A DNA stretch of 64,000 nt from assembly GCA_963840455.1 (NCBI GenBank), contig CAWIYV010000014.1:384001-448000 (forward strand), given 5' to 3'. Made by a program: the position numbers and the translations under genes. The notes under the pieces are model-generated. The model ran no database searches. It was not told the origin of the DNA and saw only the letters and a list, made by a program, of their open reading frames with translations. The stretch is from Nitrospirota bacterium. Lineage in GTDB: Bacteria > Nitrospirota > UBA9217. Numbering within the stretch: position 1 is the stretch's first letter; each line of letters starts with the position of its first letter. Positions 41,647 to 51,666 of this stretch are shown here, piece by piece.

Positions 41647-42968
41647 AGATCGTAGGTCTTAAAATAGAGAAGGGGCTCGTTGCCGCGGCAGTGGTGCAGA
41701 AGGACTTCCGCCGGACGGAACTGGTGGATTCCTTCAGTCAGCCCTTTGCCACTGATGCCGAGCTGGTGGATATCCTCAAGGACAGATCAAAGGACTGGGC
41801 GGGGGCGAAGATCATCTCGTCCATTCCGGGCCACCTCTTCACCCAGCGTACGCTTACGTTCCCCTTTGCCGACCGGAAGCGCATCGAGAAGGCCTTGCCC
41901 TTCGAGGTCGAGGACGCCGTTCCATTTGACCTCGGCGACGTCGTGCTCGACCATCTCATGCTCGGGAGCACGGTCGGGAAGAAAGATGCGGCATCGCAGG
42001 TGCTCTGCTTGATGCTCCCGAAAACAGTCCTGCGCCAGCACCTCGATCTTCTTTCCAGCGCGGGGCTCGATCCCCAGGTCATTGTCCCGTCCTATGCCGG
42101 GCTTTCTGCGGTCGCGAAGATGATGCCGCCGGATACCGGGGCGCTCCTGCTCTGCGGTTCCGATCTGTGTTTCCGGCAGAATGGCGTCCTGAAAACCCTC
42201 CGGAGCTTCTCCGTCAGTCAGTCCACCGGCGGCCTTCACCACATCCTCCAGGCCCTCGAGACCGAGCACAAGGAGAAAGTGGAGAAGGCGGCGCTGCTGA
42301 TCGACGACGGGGCTGCACGGGCTGTCCTGGCTGAAGCTGGCATGGCTGTCGAACTGGTCATTCCCGAGATCAACGGGAGGAAGGCACAGGACCCGGTGAG
42401 CCTGGGGATAGCGCTCCTCGACGACGCGAACTTCCGCAAGGGCGACTTCGCGTACAGGCTGGCCGATGAGGGGACGCGCCGCAGGATGCGTACGCTCATC
42501 ATCGCCGGGGCCGTCGCGGCCCTGCTGTTCACCGTGAATATCGTCGTGAAGTTCTCCGTCATCCAGTCGGGCTATGGAAAGCTCGACGCCGAGATCAAGG
42601 AGATCTACCGCCAGACCTTTCCCGACGGAAAACCGTCGGCAGATCCCGTGCGGCAGATGCGCGACAAGATGAGCGAAGCGAAAAAACTCTTCGGCGCCCT
42701 GGGTTCCGGAACCTCGGCGCTGGATGTGATGAAAACGGTAACGGACGGCATCCCGAAGGAGGTCCGGGTCATCTTCACCGAGTTTGTCTTGGAAGGGGAC
42801 CGGTTGAGACTCCAGGGCGAGGTATCTTCCTTCGATTCCGTGGACAAGATCAAGGCCGAGCTCCAGAAATCGCCGCTCTTCACCGACGTGTCGGTGCAGG
42901 ACACACGCATGGGCGTGGACAACAAGGTGAAATTCCGGCTCGAGATGAAGCTGAAGCAGGCGATGTAA
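41643..42968 (+). CDS. gspL: T2SS protein GspL
   Basis: ALPFEVED actin-like domain, NFRKG, TM, PilN-like C-terminus. Confidence 0.85.
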   Translation: MKIVGLKIEKGLVAAAVVQKDFRRTELVDSFSQPFATDAELVDILKDRSKDWAGAKIISSIPGHLFTQRTLTFPFADRKRIEKALPFEVEDAVPFDLGDVVLDHLMLGSTVGKKDAASQVLCLMLPKTVLRQHLDLLSSAGLDPQVIVPSYAGLSAVAKMMPPDTGALLLCGSDLCFRQNGVLKTLRSFSVSQSTGGLHHILQALETEHKEKVEKAALLIDDGAARAVLAEAGMAVELVIPEINGRKAQDPVSLGIALLDDANFRKGDFAYRLADEGTRRRMRTLIIAGAVAALLFTVNIVVKFSVIQSGYGKLDAEIKEIYRQTFPDGKPSADPVRQMRDKMSEAKKLFGALGSGTSALDVMKTVTDGIPKEVRVIFTEFVLEGDRLRLQGEVSSFDSVDKIKAELQKSPLFTDVSVQDTRMGVDNKVKFRLEMKLKQAM

Positions 42969-43044
42969 TCCGAAGCTGGAATACGAAAGAATGGTAGTTT
43001 GATATGCCGTTATCTGTGTTCATCTGTGGTTGCGAGGTCGTTCT

Positions 43045-43545
43045 GTGAAGTTAGAACCGAGAGATAAAAAGACGCTCATCATCGGCGGGTCCGTCGCGGC
43101 GGTCATCGTGCTGTACACCTTCGTCCTGTCGCCGTTCCTTTCCGACCTGTCACGCAAGCGCGACCTGATCCCCAAGAGGGAACATGATCTGGTCGAAATG
43201 AAAAAGCTTCGCGATGAGTACCGGGAGATCCAGAAACAGCTCCTGGTGGCCCAGGAGGCCGCGTCCAAGCGCGGCCCGCTGCTCACGGAGATCGAGAACC
43301 TTACGAAGCGCGCGAACCTGAACAGCAAGATCGTCTCCCTCAAGCCCCAGACGGGGAGCCAGACCGCAGGCTTCAAGGAAAGCATCGTTGAGATCAGGCT
43401 CGACAGCATCACGCTCTATGACGTGGTGAACTACGTATATCTGCTGGAGAAAGCCACGCTCCGTGTGCGGAAGCTCTCTTTCAAGCCGCGGTTCGACAAC
43501 CCCAAGCTCCTGAACGCCACGCTCCTTGTTTCCAGCGCAGGGTAG
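43045..43545 (+). CDS. gspM: T2SS protein GspM
   Basis: LEPRDK + TM + coiled coil; follows gspL; GTG start after GAGG (approximate). Confidence 0.78.
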   Translation: MKLEPRDKKTLIIGGSVAAVIVLYTFVLSPFLSDLSRKRDLIPKREHDLVEMKKLRDEYREIQKQLLVAQEAASKRGPLLTEIENLTKRANLNSKIVSLKPQTGSQTAGFKESIVEIRLDSITLYDVVNYVYLLEKATLRVRKLSFKPRFDNPKLLNATLLVSSAG

Positions 43546-43598
43546 GATCTTGGACAATTCGCACCCTACGCTCGAGGGAACTACGGGATCGCCTTATC

Positions 43599-44429
43599 AT
43601 GATCGATAGACCGACACTCATCCGCAGGCTTTCCTTCGCCCTCTATTTCGTCATTGCCTTCATGACGTTCCTCGTTGTCCTGTTCCCTTTTGACCGGATC
43701 AAGACCAAGCTGGAATCCGAGACCCGCTCGCGGACGTCCCTGGAGCTGAACATCGCACGCATCTCGCCGCGGTTTCTCAACCGGTTCGTCCTGGCCGATG
43801 TAGTGCTGTCCGACCCGACCGGCAGGGTCCTGTTCGAGAGTCCAGTGGTCCATGCGCATGTTTCGCTCTTCGGGTTCCTCAGGGGCCTTCTCTCCGTGGA
43901 CTTCAAGGCCCAGGCCTATACGGGCGAGCTGCACGTCCGGACCGAGCAGGGGGCGAAGCGCCAGTTCTTCGCCGTCGATGCCGAAAGCCTCGACCTGGCA
44001 TCCTATGCGCTCCTCAAGAACCTCGGGCTGAAGCTGTCGGGCAGGCTCGGGGGAGCTTTCGAAATGAGCGGCGACGCAGGCAAGGGGCGGTTCCTGATCA
44101 AGAACCTGGCGAGCCGCGAGCTCAAGATCAAGGGTTTTCCCGTCCCGGACCTGGACTTCGAGCAGGGTTGGATCGAGGGAGACGTCAAGGGCGACCGGTT
44201 GACGATCAAAAAGCTGGAACTGGACGGCAAGGAACTGAAGGTGCGAGTGTCCGGGGACCTGGTGATGCGGGAGCGCGGCACGTTGAACCTTGCCGTGAAG
44301 CTGAAAGTATCGGAGCGGCTCGCAAAGGAGCAGGCCGGACTGCTGTCCCTGCTGAAGAACCGGGACCCCGAAGGATTCTACCTGTTCTCGCTCGGGGGGA
44401 CAGTGGCTGAACCGATGCCGCGGTTGTGA
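43599..44429 (+). CDS. gspN: T2SS protein GspN
   Basis: N-terminal TM + FPFD, beta-rich, LGGT..P C-terminus; last gene of cluster. Confidence 0.8.
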   Translation: MIDRPTLIRRLSFALYFVIAFMTFLVVLFPFDRIKTKLESETRSRTSLELNIARISPRFLNRFVLADVVLSDPTGRVLFESPVVHAHVSLFGFLRGLLSVDFKAQAYTGELHVRTEQGAKRQFFAVDAESLDLASYALLKNLGLKLSGRLGGAFEMSGDAGKGRFLIKNLASRELKIKGFPVPDLDFEQGWIEGDVKGDRLTIKKLELDGKELKVRVSGDLVMRERGTLNLAVKLKVSERLAKEQAGLLSLLKNRDPEGFYLFSLGGTVAEPMPRL

Positions 44430-44450
44430 CTTGCTCGTGATACGGTTGTG

Positions 44451-45497
44451 TCAGAACCAGCGGCTGAAGAGGACGGTAATTGTTGTCTGCTGTGACGTGA
44501 TCTTGTCGTTGATGCCGGTGTAAACGAGCCCTGATCCATCATAGAATGTCTGGGTCTGGGTCCCCGTCGTGTCGATCTTGAGGTACTGTCCCCCGACCTG
44601 AAGACAGTCGTTGTCCTGAATGTTCCATTGCATGGTGGCCGTTGCAAGGTACGCTTTTCCCGTGGTGCTTGCTTTCGACACCTTTTGCCTCAGGATATGG
44701 TCGTCCCTATCGTCAGCCCAGGCCCAGGGACTGTATCCGAGGTCAATGATCGTCTGGAACTGATGCCCGAGCTGAATTTGCGAATGGACGCCCAGATACG
44801 GTATGGCGTAGGTCACTTCGTAGGTCAATACCTTTCCCGGAACGGTCACTGTATACCATGGCGAATAGGGACCGTATCCCACTTGCTGCACGTTGCTCGC
44901 GTCAAATTGGAATTTCTGATAGAGGAACCCACCGGAAGGCCCCACGCTCAGGGTGCCTGAGATCCAGTTGTTGTACGACCCCCGGATATCGATGATGTTC
45001 GCTTTTAACGATATGTCGGACTCGGAATAGATATCCTTGCCGGGATGGGGATATCCCGAGTTGGGAGGATTCGGCGGTGACGGCGGGGCCTGGATATCGT
45101 AGTTGTTCGTGAGCCAATCCGAGTCCTTGAGTTTGCCCGAACCATGATCGATGCTCGTCAGCCACTGCAGTGTTATCTTGACCTTATCCCGCCCCTTCGG
45201 GTCCTTGCTGAGATACCCGCCCTGGATACTGAACAGAAATGTCTTGAGCGGGAACTCAAGCTCGCTTTCGATCCCTTGCCCCGTCGTGTCATAACTGCTG
45301 ATATGATAGAGCGTGTTCCCGTTCAGATAACCGATCCCGAGACCGAACGTAATGTCGTTCGAACTCTGCTGTACCGGCTGGGCGGCCTGTACTGTCACGG
45401 ATGACGAGAGGAACAGGCATATTGCCGCCATAATAACGGGGATGCAGACGCGATACAAGGCCATGTATCTTCGATGCTGTCCGGATTTTCTTGGCAT
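44451..45497 (-). CDS. Omptin family outer-membrane protease
   Basis: SELEFP, DSDW and DDH catalytic pairs, terminal Phe. Confidence 0.8.
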   Translation of the reverse strand: MPRKSGQHRRYMALYRVCIPVIMAAICLFLSSSVTVQAAQPVQQSSNDITFGLGIGYLNGNTLYHISSYDTTGQGIESELEFPLKTFLFSIQGGYLSKDPKGRDKVKITLQWLTSIDHGSGKLKDSDWLTNNYDIQAPPSPPNPPNSGYPHPGKDIYSESDISLKANIIDIRGSYNNWISGTLSVGPSGGFLYQKFQFDASNVQQVGYGPYSPWYTVTVPGKVLTYEVTYAIPYLGVHSQIQLGHQFQTIIDLGYSPWAWADDRDDHILRQKVSKASTTGKAYLATATMQWNIQDNDCLQVGGQYLKIDTTGTQTQTFYDGSGLVYTGINDKITSQQTTITVLFSRWF

Positions 45498-45506
45498 GAC
45501 GGCGGT

Positions 45507-46715
45507 CTAGAACATCAGCGCAAGGCTCGCCGAGGCCTGGGCTTCCTGCTCCTTGAAGTCATAGGCGCCGGCAAGGTCGAGCCGAAACGCGGCCAGACGC
45601 AGGCCGAGCCCCGCGGTATAGACCACGTTGGCATTCGTGTTCGCGGTGTTCTTGTACGCGCCGGCACGCAGGCTCAGGACCTCATTCAGCATCGTCAGCT
45701 CTACGCCTCCTGCCACGGTCTGGTCCTCGGTGCGCTCGGTAAAGGACTTGTTCTTGGACAGGTCATAATCCGCCGACAGGGTCAGATTATCCAACGGCTT
45801 CCACGCGACGCCGGCACGGTATTGCGGTTTCAACTCGATCTCGTCGGTCACCGGCAGGGTCGATATCTGCACATCACCATCGCCCTGTTGCACGGCAACC
45901 TTGCCGGTGATGGGGAAGGACGGGGAATTCAGGTATCTTCCCACAACGCCCAGGTTCAGGTTCTTGACGGGTTTGACCAGGATGCCCGCATCGACGGACG
46001 CTTTATTGCTTTTGGTCTCACTGTTGTTCAGGTTGCTGATAAAGGTGCTGTAGTCTCCTGTCCGGAGGTAGTCGGAATGGATGAAGGTGCTGGCATAGAT
46101 CATCTTGGCATTGGCTCCGATGAAGATGCTGTCGCCCAGCGATGTGGCGAACGAAATCGCCGGCTCGACAGTGACTATGCCGATGCCGGTGGCAGCGGAA
46201 TCATTGAGAGCAATGTTGGTGGCTGTCAGTGTCGGTGACGTATTGAGGTGAAAGGTATCGATCGTAGGGATGATCTCGGCAGATCCCAGGCCGAGCGCGC
46301 TGAGCGCGATGGCCGACCTTCCGACGGGGATCGACAGGAGCAAGCCGCCGGAAGCGTCCAGGTTGGTGACGGAGTCGGGCTTGTTCAGGTCGAGGAGCAT
46401 TTGTTGCAGCTGGGCTGCCGCTGCCGGATCTCCTGCGAGCCCGGCTGAATAGATATTGTTGATATCCGACCACGTGGTTTTGAGCCCTGCATAATCTCTG
46501 ACAGCCGCGCTGGCTGGGATGCGGATATCGACCTTCCTGAAATCGGCAAGGGCCGCTGGGTTCCAGTAGACGGCCGTGGAGTCGTTTACCGCGGCTACCG
46601 ACGCGCCGCCCATGCCGAGGGCGCGCGGGCCAACGACGGAGAACTGGGCTGCGTGCGCCGAGACCGGCGCGACCAGCAATGCTGCGGTCAGGAGCAAAAA
46701 GGAATATTTATTCAT
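45507..46715 (-). CDS. Outer-membrane beta-barrel, TraF/FadL-like family
   Basis: Signal peptide; GPRALGMGGA..AVYWNPAAL plug motif; LRAG; terminal Phe. Confidence 0.75.
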   Translation of the reverse strand: MNKYSFLLLTAALLVAPVSAHAAQFSVVGPRALGMGGASVAAVNDSTAVYWNPAALADFRKVDIRIPASAAVRDYAGLKTTWSDINNIYSAGLAGDPAAAAQLQQMLLDLNKPDSVTNLDASGGLLLSIPVGRSAIALSALGLGSAEIIPTIDTFHLNTSPTLTATNIALNDSAATGIGIVTVEPAISFATSLGDSIFIGANAKMIYASTFIHSDYLRTGDYSTFISNLNNSETKSNKASVDAGILVKPVKNLNLGVVGRYLNSPSFPITGKVAVQQGDGDVQISTLPVTDEIELKPQYRAGVAWKPLDNLTLSADYDLSKNKSFTERTEDQTVAGGVELTMLNEVLSLRAGAYKNTANTNANVVYTAGLGLRLAAFRLDLAGAYDFKEQEAQASASLALMF

Positions 46716-46914
46716 TCGCTGTTACCTCCTAAAGATCTCTATACTGCGGGATTAGGAGAAGAATAGCATGGAGACACTATTTGTCAAGTATTTGGATCAC
46801 AAAAGAGGAACATCGAGAGGAACCCTCTGCGGGGGACGCGTCCTTCTCTTTTCCTCAGGCGGGCCGTCATACATATTATTAAAAGGACCGTGCCGGGCCG
46901 GTGGGAAATAGGGT

Positions 46915-46943
46915 TTGACAAGGGTATGGCTTAACAATAGAAT
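46915..46943 (+). promoter_or_regulatory. Sigma70 promoter of radA (near-leaderless)
   Basis: TTGACA-17-TAGAAT, 9 nt before ATG, no SD. Confidence 0.65.
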
Positions 46944-46952
46944 GCCTGCATC

Positions 46953-48323
46953 ATGAAAGCAAAGGTCAAAACCGTCTACGTCTGCCAGTCATGCGGCTCC
47001 CAGTCCCCGCGGTGGATGGGGAAATGCCCGGACTGCGGCCAGTGGAACACCTTGGTCGAGGAGCGGGTTGAGAAGCCGAAGGACATCGGGAGCGCCAAGC
47101 GGGGCCACGGCACTGAGCCCCTGTCCCTGGACGAGATCAAGACCGGCGACGAGGACCGCTTCGTCACCAGGATCGGTGAGCTGGACCGCGTGCTGGGCGG
47201 CGGGATCGTGACAGGCTCGGTGGTGCTGATCGGCGGCGACCCGGGCATCGGTAAGTCCACGCTGGTGCTCCAGATGCTCCGCCAGGTCTCGGAGTTCCGC
47301 GGCAAGGCGCTCTATGTCTCGGGCGAGGAGTCTCCCGCCCAGATCAAGATGCGCGCCCAGCGGCTGGGCGTCAAGGCAGAGAACCTCTACGTGCTGGCCG
47401 AGACGTCGCTCGACGAGGTCCTCCGCGCGGCTGATGAGCTCCAGCCGCAGGTGATCGTCGTCGATTCGGTCCAGACGGTCTACACTTCGGAGCTGCCTTC
47501 GGCCCCCGGCAGCGTGGGCCAGGTGCGCGAGGTGTCGGGCAGGCTCATGCTCTATGCCAAGCGCACGGGCATTCCCACCTTCCTCGTCGGCCACGTGACC
47601 AAGGACGGCGCCATCGCCGGCCCCCGCGTGCTCGAGCACATCGTGGACACGGTGCTCTATTTCGAGGGCGACCGGGGACACGCGTTCCGCATCCTGCGCG
47701 CGGTCAAGAACCGCTTCGGCTCAACGAACGAGATCGGCGTGTTCGAGATGAAGGAGAGTGGCCTTGCCGAGGTGGCGAATCCCTCGGAGCTGTTCCTGGC
47801 GGAGCGGCCGAAGGACGCAACAGGCTCGGTCGTTGTCTCTTCCCTCGAGGGCACGCGGCCCATCCTGGCCGAGCTCCAGGCGCTGGTGACGCCCACCAAG
47901 ATGACCATGCCGCGCCGCACCTCCATCGGCGTTGACTACAACCGCGTGTCGCTGCTCATCGCGGTGCTCGAGAAGCGCGTGGGCATGCACCTCATGGGCA
48001 TGGACGTGTTCGTGAACGTGGTGGGCGGCCTCAAGATCGACGAGCCGGCTGTTGATCTCGGCATCATCGCGGCCGTGGCGTCGAGCTTCCGCGAGAAGCC
48101 GATCAACGCGAATACCGTGGTCATGGGTGAGGTGGGCCTTGCCGGCGAGGTGCGGGCCATCAGTCAGGCAGAGCTTCGGCTGAAGGACGCGGCCAAGCTC
48201 GGGTTCACGCGCTGCATCCTGCCGGCCGTGAACGTGGAGAAGCTCGAGAAGACAGCGGGCATTGCCAAGATGCAGCTCATGGGCGTGCGGACTGTGGACG
48301 AGGCGATGGAGAGGCTGTTTTAG
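46953..48323 (+). CDS. radA: DNA repair protein RadA/Sms
   Basis: C4 zinc finger, GGDPGIGKSTL, KNRFG motif, Lon-like C-terminus. Confidence 0.97.
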   Translation: MKAKVKTVYVCQSCGSQSPRWMGKCPDCGQWNTLVEERVEKPKDIGSAKRGHGTEPLSLDEIKTGDEDRFVTRIGELDRVLGGGIVTGSVVLIGGDPGIGKSTLVLQMLRQVSEFRGKALYVSGEESPAQIKMRAQRLGVKAENLYVLAETSLDEVLRAADELQPQVIVVDSVQTVYTSELPSAPGSVGQVREVSGRLMLYAKRTGIPTFLVGHVTKDGAIAGPRVLEHIVDTVLYFEGDRGHAFRILRAVKNRFGSTNEIGVFEMKESGLAEVANPSELFLAERPKDATGSVVVSSLEGTRPILAELQALVTPTKMTMPRRTSIGVDYNRVSLLIAVLEKRVGMHLMGMDVFVNVVGGLKIDEPAVDLGIIAAVASSFREKPINANTVVMGEVGLAGEVRAISQAELRLKDAAKLGFTRCILPAVNVEKLEKTAGIAKMQLMGVRTVDEAMERLF

Positions 48324-48482
48324 CATCACCACTCCTTTTAACTTTGCGTTATGAAATGTTATAAAAAATGGGGAACCGCCAAGGCGCGAAGGACGCGAAA
48401 TGGAACAATAACCATAACGATCGTGCCTCCCTTTGTGCTCGTAGCGTCTTCGCGGTAAACTTCCTTCTCGTTCGCTTTCACT

Positions 48483-50390
48483 ATGGCCATCGGCACGCTC
48501 TGGAAATTTTTCGGCAACCGCCGCGGGATGATCATCCTTCTCATCCAGCTCGCCCTCCTGCTTACCTTCCTTCATTATTTTAGCGGCTATCAATCGAGCG
48601 ATAGATGTGCAGCCTGCCACGCGGACAAGGAGCGCATGACGAAACTGGGCTATCCTCAGTTCGTGATGACGCGCGAGCAGGTCCAGAAGGAATCGCGCCA
48701 CCCGAACACCGAATGCCGCGACTGTCACCTGGGCAACGGCCTCTCCGACGACCCTGACAAAGCGCACAAGGGGATGCTGAAGCTCATTGTGCTGGACAAT
48801 GACCTGAACGTCATGCCGCGGAAAGGGCATGTCACGCGGCTCCTCCCGTCAGGCAGCGACCGCCAGCGGAACATGCTGCCCCGCCTGGCTGACGGCGAGC
48901 TCGATTACGACGTGGGTACGCTCATGTGGCACGACCGAGATCCTGTCACCCTCGGCTACGACCCGAAGATCGCAGAGAGGACCTGCGGCAAGGCTGCCTG
49001 CCATCCCGACCAGGTGAAGCAGTTCTCCACGAGCAACATGGGATCGAACTTCCGGCAGCGGTCCATGCGGACGTGGAACGACATCCACGGCCCGAACAAT
49101 TGAGGCCCCTCCTTTGCGGACACCCTGCCGGTCGGCAGGGCGGAAGGCGACAAGTTCTCCTTCGATAACACCAGCAAGATCATGGAAGAGATCAACTACC
49201 CGCTGTCGCGTGAGCAGGCGGTGGCAAAGCAGAAGGCCTGCAACATCTGCCACACCGGCTGCCTCGACTGCCACTACACGCCGACAAAGGAGCGGGGCTC
49301 CCATGCCATGAGCCGCATCCCCCCTGCGCTGAACTGCACCGGGAACGGCAGGAGCACCTTCGTCTGCCATGCGGGCACCATGGAGCGCAGGCGCGGCGAC
49401 AGCTATCTGGGCAATGACTTCTCCGAGCCGGCCGGGCTTCCCGAGGACGTGCACGTGAAGCAAAAGATGGAATGCGTTGACTGCCACCAGACCGGACCGG
49501 GCGGTATGGGCCACATCGAACGTCGCGCCACCTGCCAGGATTGCCATCCCGAGGTCGAACAGGCCATGGCGCGGAGCATGCACAGGAACGTGGCCTGCGA
49601 GTCCTGCCACGTGAAGATCCTCGGCGGCTACGAGATGACCTCCTGGGGACCGGGCATGGTGCTGTCCCGGCCGAACCCCTTCAAGAAGTATTCATTATAT
49701 TACGGCCCCCAGGCGCCACCGATCCTCATCAAGGACCAGAAGGGCATCTGGATCCCGACCAAGATCTGGCCGAACAGTATGGGCGGCTTCAAAAATAGGG
49801 TCCAGCCGAAACCGGGCCTCGTGTTCCGGTGGCCTGACGGCCAGACGCGGGACGCCTACGCCCAGCTCGGGACCTTCAGCGTTCCCGGCGGGAACAACAA
49901 CTACCTCGCCTGGATCCAGGTGGAGCAGGTGGCCCATCCGCTCGGGAAATCCCGCACCTGCGGGAGCTGCCACGACGGCGCGGCGCAGACCGCGAAGGTG
50001 GCGTGGAGGTTCTTCGACACTCAGGGCGCGGAGCCTTTCACGGGCAGCCAGAAGGTGGTGGCGGACAGGAACGGGCTCCAGGTAAAGGACATCAAGGCCA
50101 CGTCGTCGATCACGCTCATGGAAGGCGGAAAGATCGAGAACTTCGCGGCATGGATGAAGCTCGGTGATATCTGGAAAACGAGCGGGGATTTCTCGATCCC
50201 CAAGTCGGATCCCGTGAAGTATCGGAAGCTGGAGGCCGGCATCCGCGATGCCATGAGGAAGCTCGATGCGGAGGACCGCGAGCTCAAGCGTCGCGAGGCG
50301 AATGGCGATGATATGAAGAAGCTGCGGCGCAGGTGGAAAGAGGCGAAGGCTGCTGCGGTGCATGAGGCCGGTCAGGTGGTGTTCCCGTGA
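48483..50390 (+). CDS. Membrane-anchored multiheme cytochrome c, probable selenoprotein (in-frame TGA 49101-49103)
   Basis: ORFs 48483-49103 and 49182-50390 are one frame separated only by a TGA (HGPNN-U-GPSF); 8 CxxCH plus CX4CH and CX9CH; SECIS-like hairpin. Confidence 0.82.
49123..49140 (+). promoter_or_regulatory. Putative bacterial SECIS hairpin
   Basis: CCCTGCC-GGTC-GGCAGGG, starting 20 nt after the TGA, with possible lower stem CCTT/AAGG. Confidence 0.7.
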
Positions 50391-50547
50391 GATATCCTTC
50401 GAGGACCCGCGACGACAGGATCGACCGCCGGGATGCGCTCATGACAGCGCTGATCGCATCCGCGCTGTTCTGTGGGTCTCCTGGACGGATAAACAGGGAA
50501 TCTGAGCCCGGCCCGGACCGCGACCGGCGTCAAGCAGGGGACACCCC

Positions 50548-51159
50548 ATGAACACCCTCATCAAGACCATCGAGGTCATCGGCATCTTTGCCTTCGCGAT
50601 CTCGGGCATCATCGAGGCGCGCAAGAAGGGCATGGACATCGTGGGCATCTATGTCGTCGGGATGGTCACGGCCTTCGGCGGCGGCTCGCTCCGTGACCTG
50701 GTCCTGAACCGCCATCCGCTCTTCTGGGTGGAGCACTACTGGTATCCCGTCATCCTGCTGTTCCTCTCCGCGCTTGCCAGCGCGATCGTGCGGCACGTGA
50801 CCGAGCACACGCGGTCCATGACCGTGGTCCAAGTGCTCGACGCGTTGGGCCTGGGGCTTTTCGCCGCCTCCGGTGCGTCGGTGGCCCATCAGGCCGGAAC
50901 CAACCCCTTCATTTCCTCGCTCATCGGGGTCATGACAGGCGTGTTCGGCGGCGTGTTCCGGGACATCATCTGCAACGAGATCCCCTATGTGTTCCAGCGC
51001 ACGGAGCTCTATGCGACCTGCGCGTTCGCGGGGGCGTGGTCCTATCTGCTGGTCATCGGCGCGGGGGGCGACGAGCTTACGGCCGTGATGAGCTGCATCA
51101 CCATCACCTTCGTGTTGCGGATTCTGGCGATACGGTATAAGATCAGGCTGCCGGTATAG
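50548..51159 (+). CDS. Trimeric intracellular cation channel (TRIC/UPF0126) family protein
   Basis: FAISG, TAFGGGSLRD, LDALGLG, TGVFGGVFRD duplicated motifs. Confidence 0.9.
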   Translation: MNTLIKTIEVIGIFAFAISGIIEARKKGMDIVGIYVVGMVTAFGGGSLRDLVLNRHPLFWVEHYWYPVILLFLSALASAIVRHVTEHTRSMTVVQVLDALGLGLFAASGASVAHQAGTNPFISSLIGVMTGVFGGVFRDIICNEIPYVFQRTELYATCAFAGAWSYLLVIGAGGDELTAVMSCITITFVLRILAIRYKIRLPV

Positions 51160-51227
51160 AGAACGTGATGCGTGAAGGGTCAGGGGTAAGGCGAGAGATA
51201 AGAGACGAGGGACGAGGAGACCACACC

Positions 51228-51434
51228 ATGCCATATGTGAACATCAAGATCACGAATGAAGGTGCTACCGCAGAGAAAAAGGCGCAGTTGATCGCCGGGG
51301 TGACCAAGATGCTGCAGGACATCCTGGGTAAGAACCCCCAGACGACCTGTGTGGTCATCGAGGAGGTCCCGACGGACAACTGGGGCATCGGCGGTGAGAC
51401 CATCACGGAGAGGCGGAAGCGGGAGAAGAAGTAG
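51228..51434 (+). CDS. 4-oxalocrotonate tautomerase family protein
   Basis: MPYVNIK (catalytic Pro1), EEVPTDNWGIGG. Confidence 0.9.
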   Translation: MPYVNIKITNEGATAEKKAQLIAGVTKMLQDILGKNPQTTCVVIEEVPTDNWGIGGETITERRKREKK

Positions 51435-51666
51435 GAAGACCTTTTTACCGCAGAGAACGCAGAGCTCGCTGAGGTGGTTCAAGATCAACGGCGAAGGAAC
51501 ATCTGGTGAACATACGGCTGGGCTCACGTTAAAGCCACGGCTAGATCCTGTTTTGCGATGTACTACAGAAGAACGCTAACAGAAGAGATGCATGAGGACA
51601 TTGTACTTTGCTTTTCTCCGCGTCCTCTGCGTTCTCTGCGGTAATACAGCTGTTGGAGGGGCTTTC

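Noticed and set aside
45507-46715. TraF-like gene as evidence of a conjugative element
   Set aside because: No relaxase, VirB4, coupling protein or integrase; this barrel family also occurs outside conjugation systems
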